Positions 52,291-61,770 of a DNA stretch of 64,000 nucleotides are shown here, one piece after another. Both the position numbers and the translations under genes were made by a program. Origin of the DNA: Candidatus Omnitrophota bacterium (GTDB lineage Bacteria > Omnitrophota > Gorgyraeia > Zapsychrales > Fredricksoniimonadaceae); NCBI GenBank assembly GCA_030650275.1, contig JAUSEK010000001.1:101-64100 (forward strand). The letters are read 5' to 3'. Numbering within the stretch: the stretch's first letter is position 1; every line of letters begins with the position of its first letter. The notes beneath the pieces are model-generated. The model did no database searches and was not told where the DNA came from. It worked only from the letters and a program-made list of their open reading frames with translations.

Positions 52291-52725
52291 TCATACCTCT
52301 TTGATCCCGAGGCCGATCTCGGCTTCGGCGACAAGTTTGTCCCCCACCCTGACCTCGGCGCGGATGATGCCGGTCTTGGGTAAAAGTTTCACGGAAGAGA
52401 CCTCAATGCGCAACTGGTCACCGGGGACCACGGGATGGTGAAAACGCGCATCGATCTTGGCCAGATGATAAACCAGGTCCTTGCCCTGCAAATCTTTACT
52501 GTAATAAAAATAGACGCAACCCGCCTGGGTCATGGCTTCAATGATCAGCACGCCGGGCATGATCTTTTCACCCGGGAAATGCCCCTGAAAAAATTGTTCA
52601 TTGATCGAAACGTTCTTCACAGCGGTCAACTTCTGATCGGGGACGCACTCAACGACCTTGTCGATCATCAGGAACGGATAACGATGAGGGATTATTTTCT
52701 GGATCTCTAAAATATCTAAAATCAT
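52291..52725 (-). CDS. fabZ: 3-hydroxyacyl-ACP dehydratase FabZ
   Basis: PHRYPFLMIDKV and GHFPG hot-dog fold motifs; 144 aa; AAGGAGAG RBS. Confidence 0.9.
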   Translation of the reverse strand: MILDILEIQKIIPHRYPFLMIDKVVECVPDQKLTAVKNVSINEQFFQGHFPGEKIMPGVLIIEAMTQAGCVYFYYSKDLQGKDLVYHLAKIDARFHHPVVPGDQLRIEVSSVKLLPKTGIIRAEVRVGDKLVAEAEIGLGIKEV

Positions 52726-52740
52726 ATTTTTCTCTCCTTA

Positions 52741-52775
52741 CAGGACCCCGCCGCTTGCCGCTAACGGCAGGCGGG
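52741..52775 (-). other. GC-rich hairpin enclosing the ribE stop codon, immediately before the fabZ RBS
   Basis: CCCCGCCGCTTGCCG-CTAA-CGGCAGGCGGGG: about 14 bp of pairing with one mismatch. The ribE TAG sits in the loop and no U-run follows. Confidence 0.4.
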
Positions 52776-53354
52776 GCTTCTGTTTAAAATATATTTTGCC
52801 AGAACATCCGTCTCAACATTCACCAGGTCCCCCGCCTTCTTACGGGCCAGTGTCGTCACGGCCAGCGTATAGGGAATTAAATAAACACTGAAATCCGACG
52901 CCCCCACCTTGCCGACGGTCAAACTGATCCCGTCGACGGCCACAGACCCTTTAGGCGCCAGATATTTACGATTCGTTTTAGAAATACTGATGGTCAGCGC
53001 CACCCAATTCTTGGCGCGCTCAACGCGTTTGACCACGGCCGCCTCGTCCACGTGGCCGGTGACAAAATGCCCGCCCAAACGGCCGTCGGACTTTAACGCC
53101 AGTTCCAAATTGACCTTGCCGCCGGTCTTAAGGTCTTTGAGCGCGGTGTTGGCTATGGTCTCGCGCATCGCGTCAAAAGAAATGACGGTCCCTTTTTTAC
53201 GCGACGCGGTCAGGCAAACACCGTTGAGCGCCACACTATCACCCAAACGTACGTCTTTGGCCAAAGGCCCGGCGTCCACGGACAAGGCCATCAAATTGGC
53301 TTTTGTCCCCATGGCCTTGATCGTTCCCGCGTGTTGAATGATCCCGGTGAACAC
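52761..53354 (-). CDS. ribE: riboflavin synthase (alpha subunit)
   Basis: MFTGII start and duplicated lumazine-binding half-domains; 197 aa. Confidence 0.9.
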   Translation of the reverse strand: MFTGIIQHAGTIKAMGTKANLMALSVDAGPLAKDVRLGDSVALNGVCLTASRKKGTVISFDAMRETIANTALKDLKTGGKVNLELALKSDGRLGGHFVTGHVDEAAVVKRVERAKNWVALTISISKTNRKYLAPKGSVAVDGISLTVGKVGASDFSVYLIPYTLAVTTLARKKAGDLVNVETDVLAKYILNRSPACR

Positions 53355-54427
53355 TACAAATACCCCTCGATCAAAATATCTTCGCCGATCTTGCCGGCGG
53401 AAACGCGCTTCAATGCAACGGCCTCATCCAGACGCCTGACGCGCAATCCCCGGACGGCATCCAGGCCCTCTCCCATGATCCTGAGGGCGACATACACCAT
53501 CATTTTGTCCACCAAGCCCTCTTTGAGCGCGGCGCCGACCAAGGCCGCGCCCCCTTCGATCAACATAGCAGTTATTTCCCGCTGGGCAAGGATTTTCAAA
53601 GCCCGGCGCAGGTCCACCCTGCCTCCTTTGGCCGGCACAACGATGATCTCGGCTTTGCGGCCTAATGATTTTATCCTGCGCGCCGAAGCCCTCTGCGTGG
53701 TCAATATCAAAACATCTTCCCTGCGCGTGCCTTTAAAAAGTTTGGCATCGGCCGGTGTTTTCAAGTCCGAATCAAAAATAATTTTTTTCAAACGTTTAGC
53801 GGGGAAAGAATTCAAGGCCGGGTCATCTTTGAGCACCGTATTGACCCCCACGGCAATGGCATCAAAACCGAAACGCATGCAACGGGCCAGATCGCGGCTG
53901 GCCTTGGACGTGATCCATTTGGATTCGCCGCTTAAGGTCGCTGTCTTGCCGTCCAGAGTTTGCGCGGTCTTGGCGGTAACGAACGGCATGCGCTTGCTGA
54001 TCCATTGATTGAATGCCTCATTCATGCGCGTCAGTTCTTCTTGCAAGAACCCGGCCTTAACGCTGATGCCGGCCTTGCGCAAGATCTGAATGGACTTGCC
54101 GCTCATCAAAGGATTGGGGTCCAAAACGCCGATATAAACCTTGCGGATGCCGGCGCGGATGATGGCATCAGTGCATGGCGATGTACGGCCATAATGAGAA
54201 CAGGGCTCCAGCGTCACGTACAAAACAGCGCCTTTGGCTTTGGCCCCGATTTTCTTCAAGGCCATGGCCTCGGCGTGGTCAGCCCCGCAGGCCGCGTGCC
54301 ATCCCTCGGCAATGACCTTGCCGTTCTTGACGACGAGGGCGCCGACCATCGGGTTAGGCGAAGTCCTGCCCCAGCCCTTCATGGCCAATTCGTACGCGCG
54401 GTGCATGTAAAATAAATGATCATTCAT
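53354..54427 (-). CDS. ribD: bifunctional diaminohydroxyphosphoribosylaminopyrimidine deaminase / 5-amino-6-(5-phosphoribosylamino)uracil reductase
   Basis: CDA zinc motif HAE...PCxxC plus C-terminal reductase domain; 357 aa. Confidence 0.9.
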   Translation of the reverse strand: MNDHLFYMHRAYELAMKGWGRTSPNPMVGALVVKNGKVIAEGWHAACGADHAEAMALKKIGAKAKGAVLYVTLEPCSHYGRTSPCTDAIIRAGIRKVYIGVLDPNPLMSGKSIQILRKAGISVKAGFLQEELTRMNEAFNQWISKRMPFVTAKTAQTLDGKTATLSGESKWITSKASRDLARCMRFGFDAIAVGVNTVLKDDPALNSFPAKRLKKIIFDSDLKTPADAKLFKGTRREDVLILTTQRASARRIKSLGRKAEIIVVPAKGGRVDLRRALKILAQREITAMLIEGGAALVGAALKEGLVDKMMVYVALRIMGEGLDAVRGLRVRRLDEAVALKRVSAGKIGEDILIEGYL

Positions 54428-54430
54428 AAA

Positions 54431-55276
54431 TCAAGCACATCTCGCCTTCATTTGCTCAACGGTTGCATAAGGTACCGAGGCCTTGCCGACATAGGTGTGG
54501 GATTTGGCTGACCCGTGCGCGTCGGAGCCGCCGGTCATCACCAGATCGTATTTCTTGGCTATCTTTTCATAAAATTTTGTGACCGTGTCCGTGGTATTGG
54601 GATAATACACCTCAAGGCCGCCCAAGCCAGCCTTGACCATGGGCGAAATGAGTTCGTCTTTTTGCGTGAGCATAGGATGGGCCATGACCGCGATGCCTCC
54701 GCTTTGGCGGATGAGATCAATGGCCTCAAAGGGCGTCTGTTTGTATTTAGGTGCCCAGCCCGGGCAGCCTTCGGATAAATATTTTTTGAAAGCGTCTTTG
54801 AACGACGACACCCATCCCTTTTGGTGCAGCAGCAAAGCCAGATGCGCCCGGCCGACAGCCCTGCTTTTGGTGAGCGCGCAAACTTCCTCGAATGTGATAT
54901 TGTCGATGCCCACGGTTTTCAAATTGAGCAACATCTGTTTCATGCGCGCCACACGGGCGTCCAAAAATGTGTCCAGACGATCGAACAAAGGGCCCTTGGC
55001 ATAGTCAATGAAATATCCCAGAATATGCACGTCCTTGCCCTCGATCTCGGAAGACAATTCAATGCCCGGGACGACCTCAAGCCCCGAGGGATTGGCCGCT
55101 GTGATGGCGGGTGCGACCCCTTCAGTAATATCATGGTCGGTGATGGCAATGCAGGCAAGCCCGGCTTTCAGCGCGTCGGCGACGACTTCCTCGGGGGAAG
55201 AGGTCCCGTCGGAATAATAGGTGTGCATGTGAAGGTCGGCAAGGGCGGGCAGGGCTTCCATGAGTTTAGGGCTCAT
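54431..55276 (-). CDS. PHP-domain phosphoesterase (TrpH/YciV-like)
   Basis: [12 protein letters not shown] start of the PHP domain; about 282 aa. Start taken as MSPKLMEAL, overlapping the nusB stop by 11 bp. Confidence 0.75.
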   Translation of the reverse strand: MSPKLMEALPALADLHMHTYYSDGTSSPEEVVADALKAGLACIAITDHDITEGVAPAITAANPSGLEVVPGIELSSEIEGKDVHILGYFIDYAKGPLFDRLDTFLDARVARMKQMLLNLKTVGIDNITFEEVCALTKSRAVGRAHLALLLHQKGWVSSFKDAFKKYLSEGCPGWAPKYKQTPFEAIDLIRQSGGIAVMAHPMLTQKDELISPMVKAGLGGLEVYYPNTTDTVTKFYEKIAKKYDLVMTGGSDAHGSAKSHTYVGKASVPYATVEQMKARCA

Positions 55277-55685
55277 GAACGATCTCTTTTTTATGGATCT
55301 TGTCGAGGATGCCGTTGACGAATTTGCTGGATTCCAGGTCGCCGTATTTCTTGGCGAGTTCAACCGCTTCGTTGATGGCAACCTTGGGCGGAATGTCCGT
55401 GGTGTATTTGAGCTCAAAAAGCCCCATGCGCAAAATGTTGCGGTCAATGATGGCCATGCGCGTCAACTGCCAGTTGGTGGCGTATTCGGAAATTTTGCCG
55501 TCAATGTCCTTCAGGTTTTCGCGCACGCCCCCGGCCAGACGTTGGGCATAACCCATGACCTCCCCGTCTTTGTTGGGCTCCTGGCCCCAATAATCACCCA
55601 GAGAGTCCTCCAAAGACCGGCGGGTCAGCTCGATCTGGTAAAGGATCTTTAAAGCGTGTTCACGGGCCAGGGTGCGACGTCTCAT
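55266..55685 (-). CDS. nusB: transcription antitermination factor NusB
   Basis: 139 aa all-helical; ...[13 protein letters not shown]... NusB signature region. Confidence 0.9.
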   Translation of the reverse strand: MRRRTLAREHALKILYQIELTRRSLEDSLGDYWGQEPNKDGEVMGYAQRLAGGVRENLKDIDGKISEYATNWQLTRMAIIDRNILRMGLFELKYTTDIPPKVAINEAVELAKKYGDLESSKFVNGILDKIHKKEIVHEP

Positions 55686-55695
55686 AGAAAGAGCG

Positions 55696-56136
55696 CTAAA
55701 CCTTTTTTAATAAATTGACCATCTGCAAAGCCGCCCGGGCCGCGTCCCTGCCTTTATTCGGACCGCCCTTGCTTTGGGCGCGTTTCTGGGCCTGGTCAAC
55801 GGTGTCCGCGGTCAAAATGCCCATGATCACCGGTTTTCCCGCCGTCAAAGAGGCCTCCATGATGCCGCGCACACCTTCATTGGCGATCACCTCAAAATGA
55901 TATGTTTCCCCGCGGATGACCGCGCCCAGACAGATGACGGCGTCCACGTTCTTTTTCTTGGCCAGTTTCAAAGCCGTCAAAGGAATTTCAAAAGTTCCGG
56001 GCACCCACACCGTCGTGATCTGGTCTTCTTTAAGACCGGAATGTTTGAGTTCCATCCAGCAGGCGTTCACAAGCGCCTTGGTGATGAAATCATTGAAACA
56101 CGACGCGACAATGGCAATGCGGACCTTCTTTTTCAC
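55696..56136 (-). CDS. ribH: 6,7-dimethyl-8-ribityllumazine synthase
   Basis: 146 aa; [11 protein letters not shown] and lumazine synthase fold motifs. Confidence 0.9.
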   Translation of the reverse strand: MKKKVRIAIVASCFNDFITKALVNACWMELKHSGLKEDQITTVWVPGTFEIPLTALKLAKKKNVDAVICLGAVIRGETYHFEVIANEGVRGIMEASLTAGKPVIMGILTADTVDQAQKRAQSKGGPNKGRDAARAALQMVNLLKKV

Positions 56137-57335
56137 AAAATATGCCCCAACTTGTCTTTCTTGGCCTTCAGGTATTGCTCGTTTTGGGGATTATGCGGGA
56201 TCTTGATGGGGATCCGCTCGACGACCGTAAGCCCGTATCCTTCCAGACCCACGATCTTGCGGGGATTATTGGTCAATAACCGGATCTGGCGGACCCCCAG
56301 GTCAACGAGGATCTGCGCGCCGATGCCGTAATCACGCAGATCGGGGGCGAAGCCCAGGGCCTGATTGGCCTCGACCGTGTCCATGCCGTCATCCTGCAGA
56401 TTGTAGGCCTTCATTTTATTGACCAGGCCGATGCCCCGGCCTTCATGATGGCGGATATAAAGCACAACACCCGTGCCGATCTCGGCAATGGCTTTCATGG
56501 CGCTTTTGAGCTGGCTGTTGCAGTCACAACGCAAAGACCCGAACACGTCTCCGGTCAGGCATTCGCTCTGGGCCCGCACCAAGACCGGCTTGGTCCCGTC
56601 GATGTCCCCCCTGACCATGGCGATGTGCAGGACATTGTCCACCAGGGACTGGTAAGCGACCATCTTGAATTCCCCAAACTCCGTCGGTAAATTCGCCTCT
56701 TCCACCCGCTCGACGAGTTTTTCGGTCTTGCGGCGGTATTCGATCAAGCTGTCGATGGTGCAGATCTTCAAATTGCTTTTGCGGGCGAAGGTGACCAGGT
56801 CATTGGTCCGGGCCATGGTGCCGTCTTCGTTCATGATCTCGCAGATGACCCCGGCCGGATAAAGGCCGGCCAAACGCATCAGGTCCACCGATGCCTCGGT
56901 GTGCCCGGCGCGCACCAGCACCCCGCCCCGGCGGGCGCGCAGCGGGAACAAATGCCCGGGGGTCACAAGGTCTGACGGTTTGGATTTGGGGTCAATGAGG
57001 ACCCCGACGGTCTTGGCGCGGTCAGCGGCGGAAATACCCGTGGTGACGCCGAAAGCCGCGTCCACGGAAATGGTCCACGCGGTATTGCATTTTTGATGCT
57101 GATCGTTCAATTCATCCTTCATCGGATGAAGACCGAGTTCATTGAGCCGGCTGTCCTCCATGGGCACACAGATGAGCCCCCTGGCCTCCTTGGCCATGAA
57201 ATTGATGGCATTGGGGGTGATGAATTGGGCGGCAACGAGCACGTCCCCTTCGTTCTCGCGGCCCTCATCGTCCATGACAATGACCATGCGGCCTGCTTTA
57301 AGATCTTCCACAATTTCCGGAATAGTGTTAAACAT
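56133..57335 (-). CDS. ribBA: bifunctional 3,4-dihydroxy-2-butanone-4-phosphate synthase / GTP cyclohydrolase II
   Basis: 400 aa; DHBP synthase N-half and GCHII C-half with CxC...C zinc motif ([14 protein letters not shown]). Confidence 0.9.
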   Translation of the reverse strand: MFNTIPEIVEDLKAGRMVIVMDDEGRENEGDVLVAAQFITPNAINFMAKEARGLICVPMEDSRLNELGLHPMKDELNDQHQKCNTAWTISVDAAFGVTTGISAADRAKTVGVLIDPKSKPSDLVTPGHLFPLRARRGGVLVRAGHTEASVDLMRLAGLYPAGVICEIMNEDGTMARTNDLVTFARKSNLKICTIDSLIEYRRKTEKLVERVEEANLPTEFGEFKMVAYQSLVDNVLHIAMVRGDIDGTKPVLVRAQSECLTGDVFGSLRCDCNSQLKSAMKAIAEIGTGVVLYIRHHEGRGIGLVNKMKAYNLQDDGMDTVEANQALGFAPDLRDYGIGAQILVDLGVRQIRLLTNNPRKIVGLEGYGLTVVERIPIKIPHNPQNEQYLKAKKDKLGHIL

Positions 57336-57343
57336 GGGGTCAA

Positions 57344-57372
57344 GTATATTCTAAATATTATTCCTTGTCAAT
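57344..57372 (-). promoter_or_regulatory. promoter for ribBA (TTGACA-17-TATACT), near-leaderless
   Basis: Minus strand reads TTGACAaggaataatatttagaaTATACTtgaccccATG. Only 8 nt separate the -10 from the ATG and there is no SD. Confidence 0.45.
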
Positions 57373-57430
57373 CCCTTTGTCCCGCCCTATAATAAAACAA
57401 GTTTTTCATAAACCTATTGTTTCTAATGAC

Positions 57431-57907
57431 ATGCGACTTTCTAGAAAAATAGCTTCCCTGCTTTTGCGCCAAAAAAAGACCCTGTCTGCCGCGGAATCCT
57501 GCACCGGCGGCCTTTTGGCCCATACCCTGACCAATATTCCCGGCTCTTCCGCATTTTTCCATCTGGGGATCATCGCCTACGATGATGCCGCGAAGATCAA
57601 ATTATTAAAAGTACCGGCCAAAACCCTGGGCGTCCATGGCGCGGTCAGCCAACCCGCGGCCCGGCTCATGGCCCAAAACGTCCGCAAGATCCTTAAAACC
57701 GACTTAGGGGTAGGCATCACCGGCATTGCCGGCCCATCAGGGGGAAACAAAGCCAAACCGGTTGGCCTGACCTATATCGCTGTCAGCGACGGGAAAACAA
57801 CCGTATGCAGGGCATTCCGCTTTCATGGCACGCGCGTAAACAATAAAAACAGGGCTGTCCGGGCCGCCTTGCGCCTGGTCCTCAAAAAGGTCAAAGGTCA
57901 AAGCTGA
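57431..57907 (+). CDS. CinA C-terminal domain protein (nicotinamide-nucleotide amidohydrolase PncC-like)
   Basis: LSAAESCTGG and GITGIAGP motifs. Start taken as MRLSRKIASLL. Confidence 0.8.
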   Translation: MRLSRKIASLLLRQKKTLSAAESCTGGLLAHTLTNIPGSSAFFHLGIIAYDDAAKIKLLKVPAKTLGVHGAVSQPAARLMAQNVRKILKTDLGVGITGIAGPSGGNKAKPVGLTYIAVSDGKTTVCRAFRFHGTRVNNKNRAVRAALRLVLKKVKGQS

Positions 57908-57918
57908 AAGGTCAAAGG

Positions 57919-58584
57919 ATGGATATCGCCAATCGTCTCAAACGCTGTTTCAAGCCCCGTTTTGCCGTCATTTATCCTTTCGGCGTTTTCGTCCTCTTTT
58001 TCTGTTCTTCGGATGAGCATTCCTTAAAAAACGGGATCGGTTATATCATTGCCGGGGCTTTGCTGCGGCTATGGTCCAATGGTTATGCCATCAAAAATGA
58101 CCGCCTGACCACATCCGGCCCCTATGCTTTTGTCCGCAATCCCCTGTATTTAGGAACACTCCTCATCGCTTTGGGGTTGACCATCGTATTAAAAATGGAC
58201 CTGGCGATGACGGTCCTCTTTTTAGCGGTCCTAGGATGGGTCTACAGCAAAACCATTCGTGGGGAAGAAAGAATGCTGGCGGCAAAATTCGGGGAGGAAT
58301 ACAAAAAATATTGTTCAAAGATACCGGCCCTGGTCCCTTCCCTGGTCCCCTACATCCCGGGAGAGAAATGGCCGTTTCGCATCCAGCGGCTGATCGACAG
58401 CAAAGAACACAAACCGGTGTTCTGGCTCATCATCCTCCTCATTGTCTTCCACCTCAAGACCCGCCTGCTCCTCGAGCATAAGCCCATGACCGCAAAGACA
58501 TGGGCCTGGGTCGCGTTAGGCCTCGTCCTGATCTGCCTGGACATTCTCTACGAATTCAACAAGAAAAAGATCCACGCCAAATAA
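57919..58584 (+). CDS. membrane methyltransferase of the ICMT/PEMT family
   Basis: TSGPYAFVRNPLYLG motif and multiple TM helices; 221 aa. Confidence 0.72.
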   Translation: MDIANRLKRCFKPRFAVIYPFGVFVLFFCSSDEHSLKNGIGYIIAGALLRLWSNGYAIKNDRLTTSGPYAFVRNPLYLGTLLIALGLTIVLKMDLAMTVLFLAVLGWVYSKTIRGEERMLAAKFGEEYKKYCSKIPALVPSLVPYIPGEKWPFRIQRLIDSKEHKPVFWLIILLIVFHLKTRLLLEHKPMTAKTWAWVALGLVLICLDILYEFNKKKIHAK

Positions 58585-58620
58585 AAATCCCGCCCTGCCT
58601 CAGGCGGAACGGGATTTTTA
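58583..58620. terminator. bidirectional rho-independent terminator between convergent genes
   Basis: AAAAATCCCGCCctgcctcaGGCGGaacGGGATTTTTA: GC-rich hairpin flanked by an A-run and a T-run. Confidence 0.6.
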
Positions 58621-58648
58621 ATTAAGGTTACGGTGGGTGTCCCCGAAA

Positions 58649-59395
58649 TTAGCGGGAGCGGAGTTTGGACAATAGGCGCAGGATCTCCATGTACAGCCAG
58701 ACCAGGGTGACCATGAGCGCGAAAGCGCCGTACCACTCCATATACCTTTCCAGGCCCTGATGACTGCCCCGCTCGATCATGTCAAAATCCAGGATCAAAG
58801 ACATGGACGCGATGCCGACCACGAATAAACTGAATGCAATGCCCAAAGGCCCGCTGCCGTTAAGAAATCCCGGAGGAGCGATGTGGAAAAACCCCGCCGC
58901 CATGACGGCTAAATAAAAGATCATGATCCCGCCCATGGCGATCATGAGGCCTTTGCGCAAACCCGGTGTCGCTTGCAGGAACCCTGTTTTATATCCCATC
59001 AGCATGGCCAGCATCACGCCGAACGTCAATCCTACGGCCTGCACGACAATGCCCGGATAGGAACGCTCGAAATACGCGGACAACACGCCCAGCACAAGGC
59101 CTTCGCAAGCCGCGTACAAAGGCGCTGACACCGACGACCATTGCGGCTTAAAACACGTGGCTATGGCCAGGACAAACCCGACGAACAAGCCGACCACCAT
59201 GACCGTGCCTGCCCATCCGGCGCTGGCCGGGTTAACGGCCTTGGACCAGGCCCAAAATGCCGTTGCCATCAAGACGAGCAAAAGAATAAGGGCCTTGTTG
59301 ACCGTGCCCTGAACGGTCATGGTCTGCCCCGACCCTACAACGGCACGGGCATTGTCAAAAACCTTGCTGTTCAATGTCGGATTACTGCTTTCCAT
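58649..59395 (-). CDS. Bax inhibitor-1 / YccA-family membrane protein
   Basis: 248 aa with about seven TM helices, BI-1-like spacing. Confidence 0.5.
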   Translation of the reverse strand: MESSNPTLNSKVFDNARAVVGSGQTMTVQGTVNKALILLLVLMATAFWAWSKAVNPASAGWAGTVMVVGLFVGFVLAIATCFKPQWSSVSAPLYAACEGLVLGVLSAYFERSYPGIVVQAVGLTFGVMLAMLMGYKTGFLQATPGLRKGLMIAMGGIMIFYLAVMAAGFFHIAPPGFLNGSGPLGIAFSLFVVGIASMSLILDFDMIERGSHQGLERYMEWYGAFALMVTLVWLYMEILRLLSKLRSR

Positions 59396-59414
59396 CTCAC
59401 ACCTCCATTAATTA

Positions 59415-59879
59415 TTAAATTGTCCCTGCCCATCGTAAGGCGATGTGCATGATGATATTCGTGTAGATCCCGGCCATCACATCATCCAGCATGATCCCCC
59501 AACCGCCGGGCCTGGCCTCCAGCCGGTTAATAGGGTATATTTTAAACATATCGAACGCCCGAAACAAGAAAAAAACGCTGATCGCGACCGGCCAGGTCAC
59601 CGGCCAGGCCATGGGCAGTCCTGCTAAAGCCACCAGAACACCGACGACCTCGTCCAAAACAACAATGCCGGGGTCTTTTTGTTTCAACATTTTTTCCACG
59701 CGGCCGCAAACAGGAACACCAACCGCAAAAAGCACAAACACAACAACGGCATAAGCCCATGGATGCCCCTGCAAGGCAAAAGCCAGGGCAATTCCCGCCG
59801 CGGTCGCGGCCGTGCCCGGAGCGATGGGAAAATATCCGATGCCGAAAAACGTGGCTATGATCTTTGCGAATCGGTCCAT
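59415..59879 (-). CDS. pgpA: phosphatidylglycerophosphatase A
   Basis: FFGIGYFPIAPGTAAT motif; 154 aa. Confidence 0.85.
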   Translation of the reverse strand: MDRFAKIIATFFGIGYFPIAPGTAATAAGIALAFALQGHPWAYAVVVFVLFAVGVPVCGRVEKMLKQKDPGIVVLDEVVGVLVALAGLPMAWPVTWPVAISVFFLFRAFDMFKIYPINRLEARPGGWGIMLDDVMAGIYTNIIMHIALRWAGTI

Positions 59880-60430
59880 TGATTTTTAAAATACGCGGCG
59901 CCGGAGCCGACGGTCAAAAAAACGGTAATAACCATTAAAAAATTGATGACCCCCTGCCACAGAGGCTGGATCTGAAAGAACCACGCGGCTGTCCACGGGC
60001 TTTCCTCGGCGATCAAAAACAAGAGGACAACGGAAATGCTGATGATCTGAAAAACGGTCTTGATCTTACCCGCCTTTTCCGCGGCCAGCACCTGGCCCCG
60101 GCTCATGGCCCGCAAACGCGACGCGGTCACGCAAATTTCCCGAACAGCGATCAGGACAACCATCCACGCCTCCACCATGCCCGTATAGGTCAGAACAAAA
60201 AAAACAGACAGGATCAGGACCTTGTCGGCGATGGGGTCCATGATCTTGCCGAAATCACTGGTCAAGCCGCTCTTCTTCGCCAAATGCCCGTCGTAAAAAT
60301 CCGTCAATGCCGCGCCCGCGAACAAAACAGCCGCGGCCACGTAAGCGGCCAGCGAATACTGGCAAAGCAGCCACACGATCAGGGCCGCAAAGACCAGACG
60401 CGAAAGGGTCAGGATATTAGGCAGGGTCAT
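59855..60430 (-). CDS. pgsA: CDP-diacylglycerol--glycerol-3-phosphate 3-phosphatidyltransferase
   Basis: CDP-alcohol phosphatidyltransferase motif DFYDGHLAKKSGLTSDFGKIMDPIADK. Confidence 0.9.
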   Translation of the reverse strand: MTLPNILTLSRLVFAALIVWLLCQYSLAAYVAAAVLFAGAALTDFYDGHLAKKSGLTSDFGKIMDPIADKVLILSVFFVLTYTGMVEAWMVVLIAVREICVTASRLRAMSRGQVLAAEKAGKIKTVFQIISISVVLLFLIAEESPWTAAWFFQIQPLWQGVINFLMVITVFLTVGSGAAYFKNQWTDSQRS

Positions 60431-61734
60431 CGCACGACTCCAGCCAGGTCATATTCATAGGCATCGGTGATATCCACTTCAACCATGTCCCCCTGTTTCA
60501 ACGGGTCCTTTGAACGCACATACACAACGCCATCCACGTCCGGGGCATCGTATTCGCTGCGTCCGATATAAGTATCCTTGGATCCCTTCTCTTTTTCATC
60601 AATAAGGACATTGAGCCGGCGGCCGACGAAACCTTTCTGAATTTCCCTGGAGATGGCCTGCTGGTCGCGCATGAGAATATCCATGCGTTCTCTTTTGACC
60701 CTGGCCGGCACATGCCCTGGCATGTCATGAGCGGCTGTCCCCTCTTCTTTGGAATAAATGAAAACACCGACGCGCTCAAAACGCATCTGCTGATTGAAGG
60801 CGCGCAATTCTTCAAAGTCCTCTTTTGTTTCTCCAGGAAGACCGACGATATAGGTGGTGCGCACAAACGCCCGCGGCAGGACCGAACGGATCCTGGCCAC
60901 AAGGTCCAGGGTCTGTCGGCGGGTGATATGACGGTTCTGTTCGGCCAAAATATGGTCGCTGATATGCTGCAGAGGCATGTCAATGTACTTGCAAATCTTG
61001 TCTTCGCCGGCCATGACCTCAATGAGTTCATCGGTCACGTGAGCGGGGAACGCGTATAACAAACGTATCCAACGGATATTTTTGACGCTCCGGGCCATCT
61101 CTTTTAAAAGCCGCGCCAACGATTTTGTGCGGTAAATGTCCAGCCCATAGGCCGTGATGTCCTGACCGATGAGGTTGATCTCCTTAACGCCCGCCGCGTC
61201 CAAACGCGCCACTTCCTGCAGCACGGACTCGACGGTGCGTGAAATGAACCTGCCTTTGATCTTGGGAATGGCACAAAAACTGCAGGCATTAAAACAACTC
61301 TCGCAGATCTTGACGTAGGCGAAATGCCGCGGGGTCAGCTGGACTCCCGCGGGGTCCGCGTCCCGGTTTAACGTCGGGGTACCGACAAAAGCGTCCACGT
61401 CCTTGAACTGGGCGGCCAATTCTTTGCCGTAACGCTGGGCCAGACAGCCGGCGACGATGATCTTTTGGATCTTGCCCTTTTTTTTAAGGTCGATGAGGTC
61501 CAGGATGGTGTCCACGGACTCTTTGCGGGCGTCTTCAATGAACGAGCAGGTGTTGACGATGATGACCTGGGCCTGTTTCGCCTCAACGATGCGATGGCCG
61601 TTCTTTTTTAAACGGCCAAGGATCATCTGCGCGTCGGTGAGGTTGCGGGCGCACCCTAAATTGATAACGCCGACCCCGCCATCGGCGGGACCGGCGCCCA
61701 AACGTTCCTGCTGAAAATCCCTGGTTGTTTTCAT
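60427..61734 (-). CDS. rimO: ribosomal protein S12 methylthiotransferase RimO
   Basis: MTTase N-domain, radical-SAM CxxxCxxC (CESCFNACSFC) and C-terminal TRAM domain; 435 aa. Confidence 0.8.
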   Translation of the reverse strand: MKTTRDFQQERLGAGPADGGVGVINLGCARNLTDAQMILGRLKKNGHRIVEAKQAQVIIVNTCSFIEDARKESVDTILDLIDLKKKGKIQKIIVAGCLAQRYGKELAAQFKDVDAFVGTPTLNRDADPAGVQLTPRHFAYVKICESCFNACSFCAIPKIKGRFISRTVESVLQEVARLDAAGVKEINLIGQDITAYGLDIYRTKSLARLLKEMARSVKNIRWIRLLYAFPAHVTDELIEVMAGEDKICKYIDMPLQHISDHILAEQNRHITRRQTLDLVARIRSVLPRAFVRTTYIVGLPGETKEDFEELRAFNQQMRFERVGVFIYSKEEGTAAHDMPGHVPARVKRERMDILMRDQQAISREIQKGFVGRRLNVLIDEKEKGSKDTYIGRSEYDAPDVDGVVYVRSKDPLKQGDMVEVDITDAYEYDLAGVVR

Positions 61735-61741
61735 ATATACT

Positions 61742-61770
61742 GTACAGACGCAGCATTGCTGCGTCTCTAC
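61742..61770. repeat. 29-bp near-perfect palindrome GTACAGACGCAGCATTGCTGCGTCTCTAC (copy 2 of 2) followed by TTTTT
   Basis: 12-bp stem with one mismatch and a 5-nt loop. Overlaps the rodZ stop codon (61767-61769) and lies 8 nt before the rimO ATG. Confidence 0.6.

Noticed and set aside
57336-57430. Expected FMN (RFN) riboswitch upstream of ribBA
   Set aside because: Only 95 bp separate ribBA from the divergent cinA-like gene. That space is occupied by a promoter and holds no conserved RFN segments.
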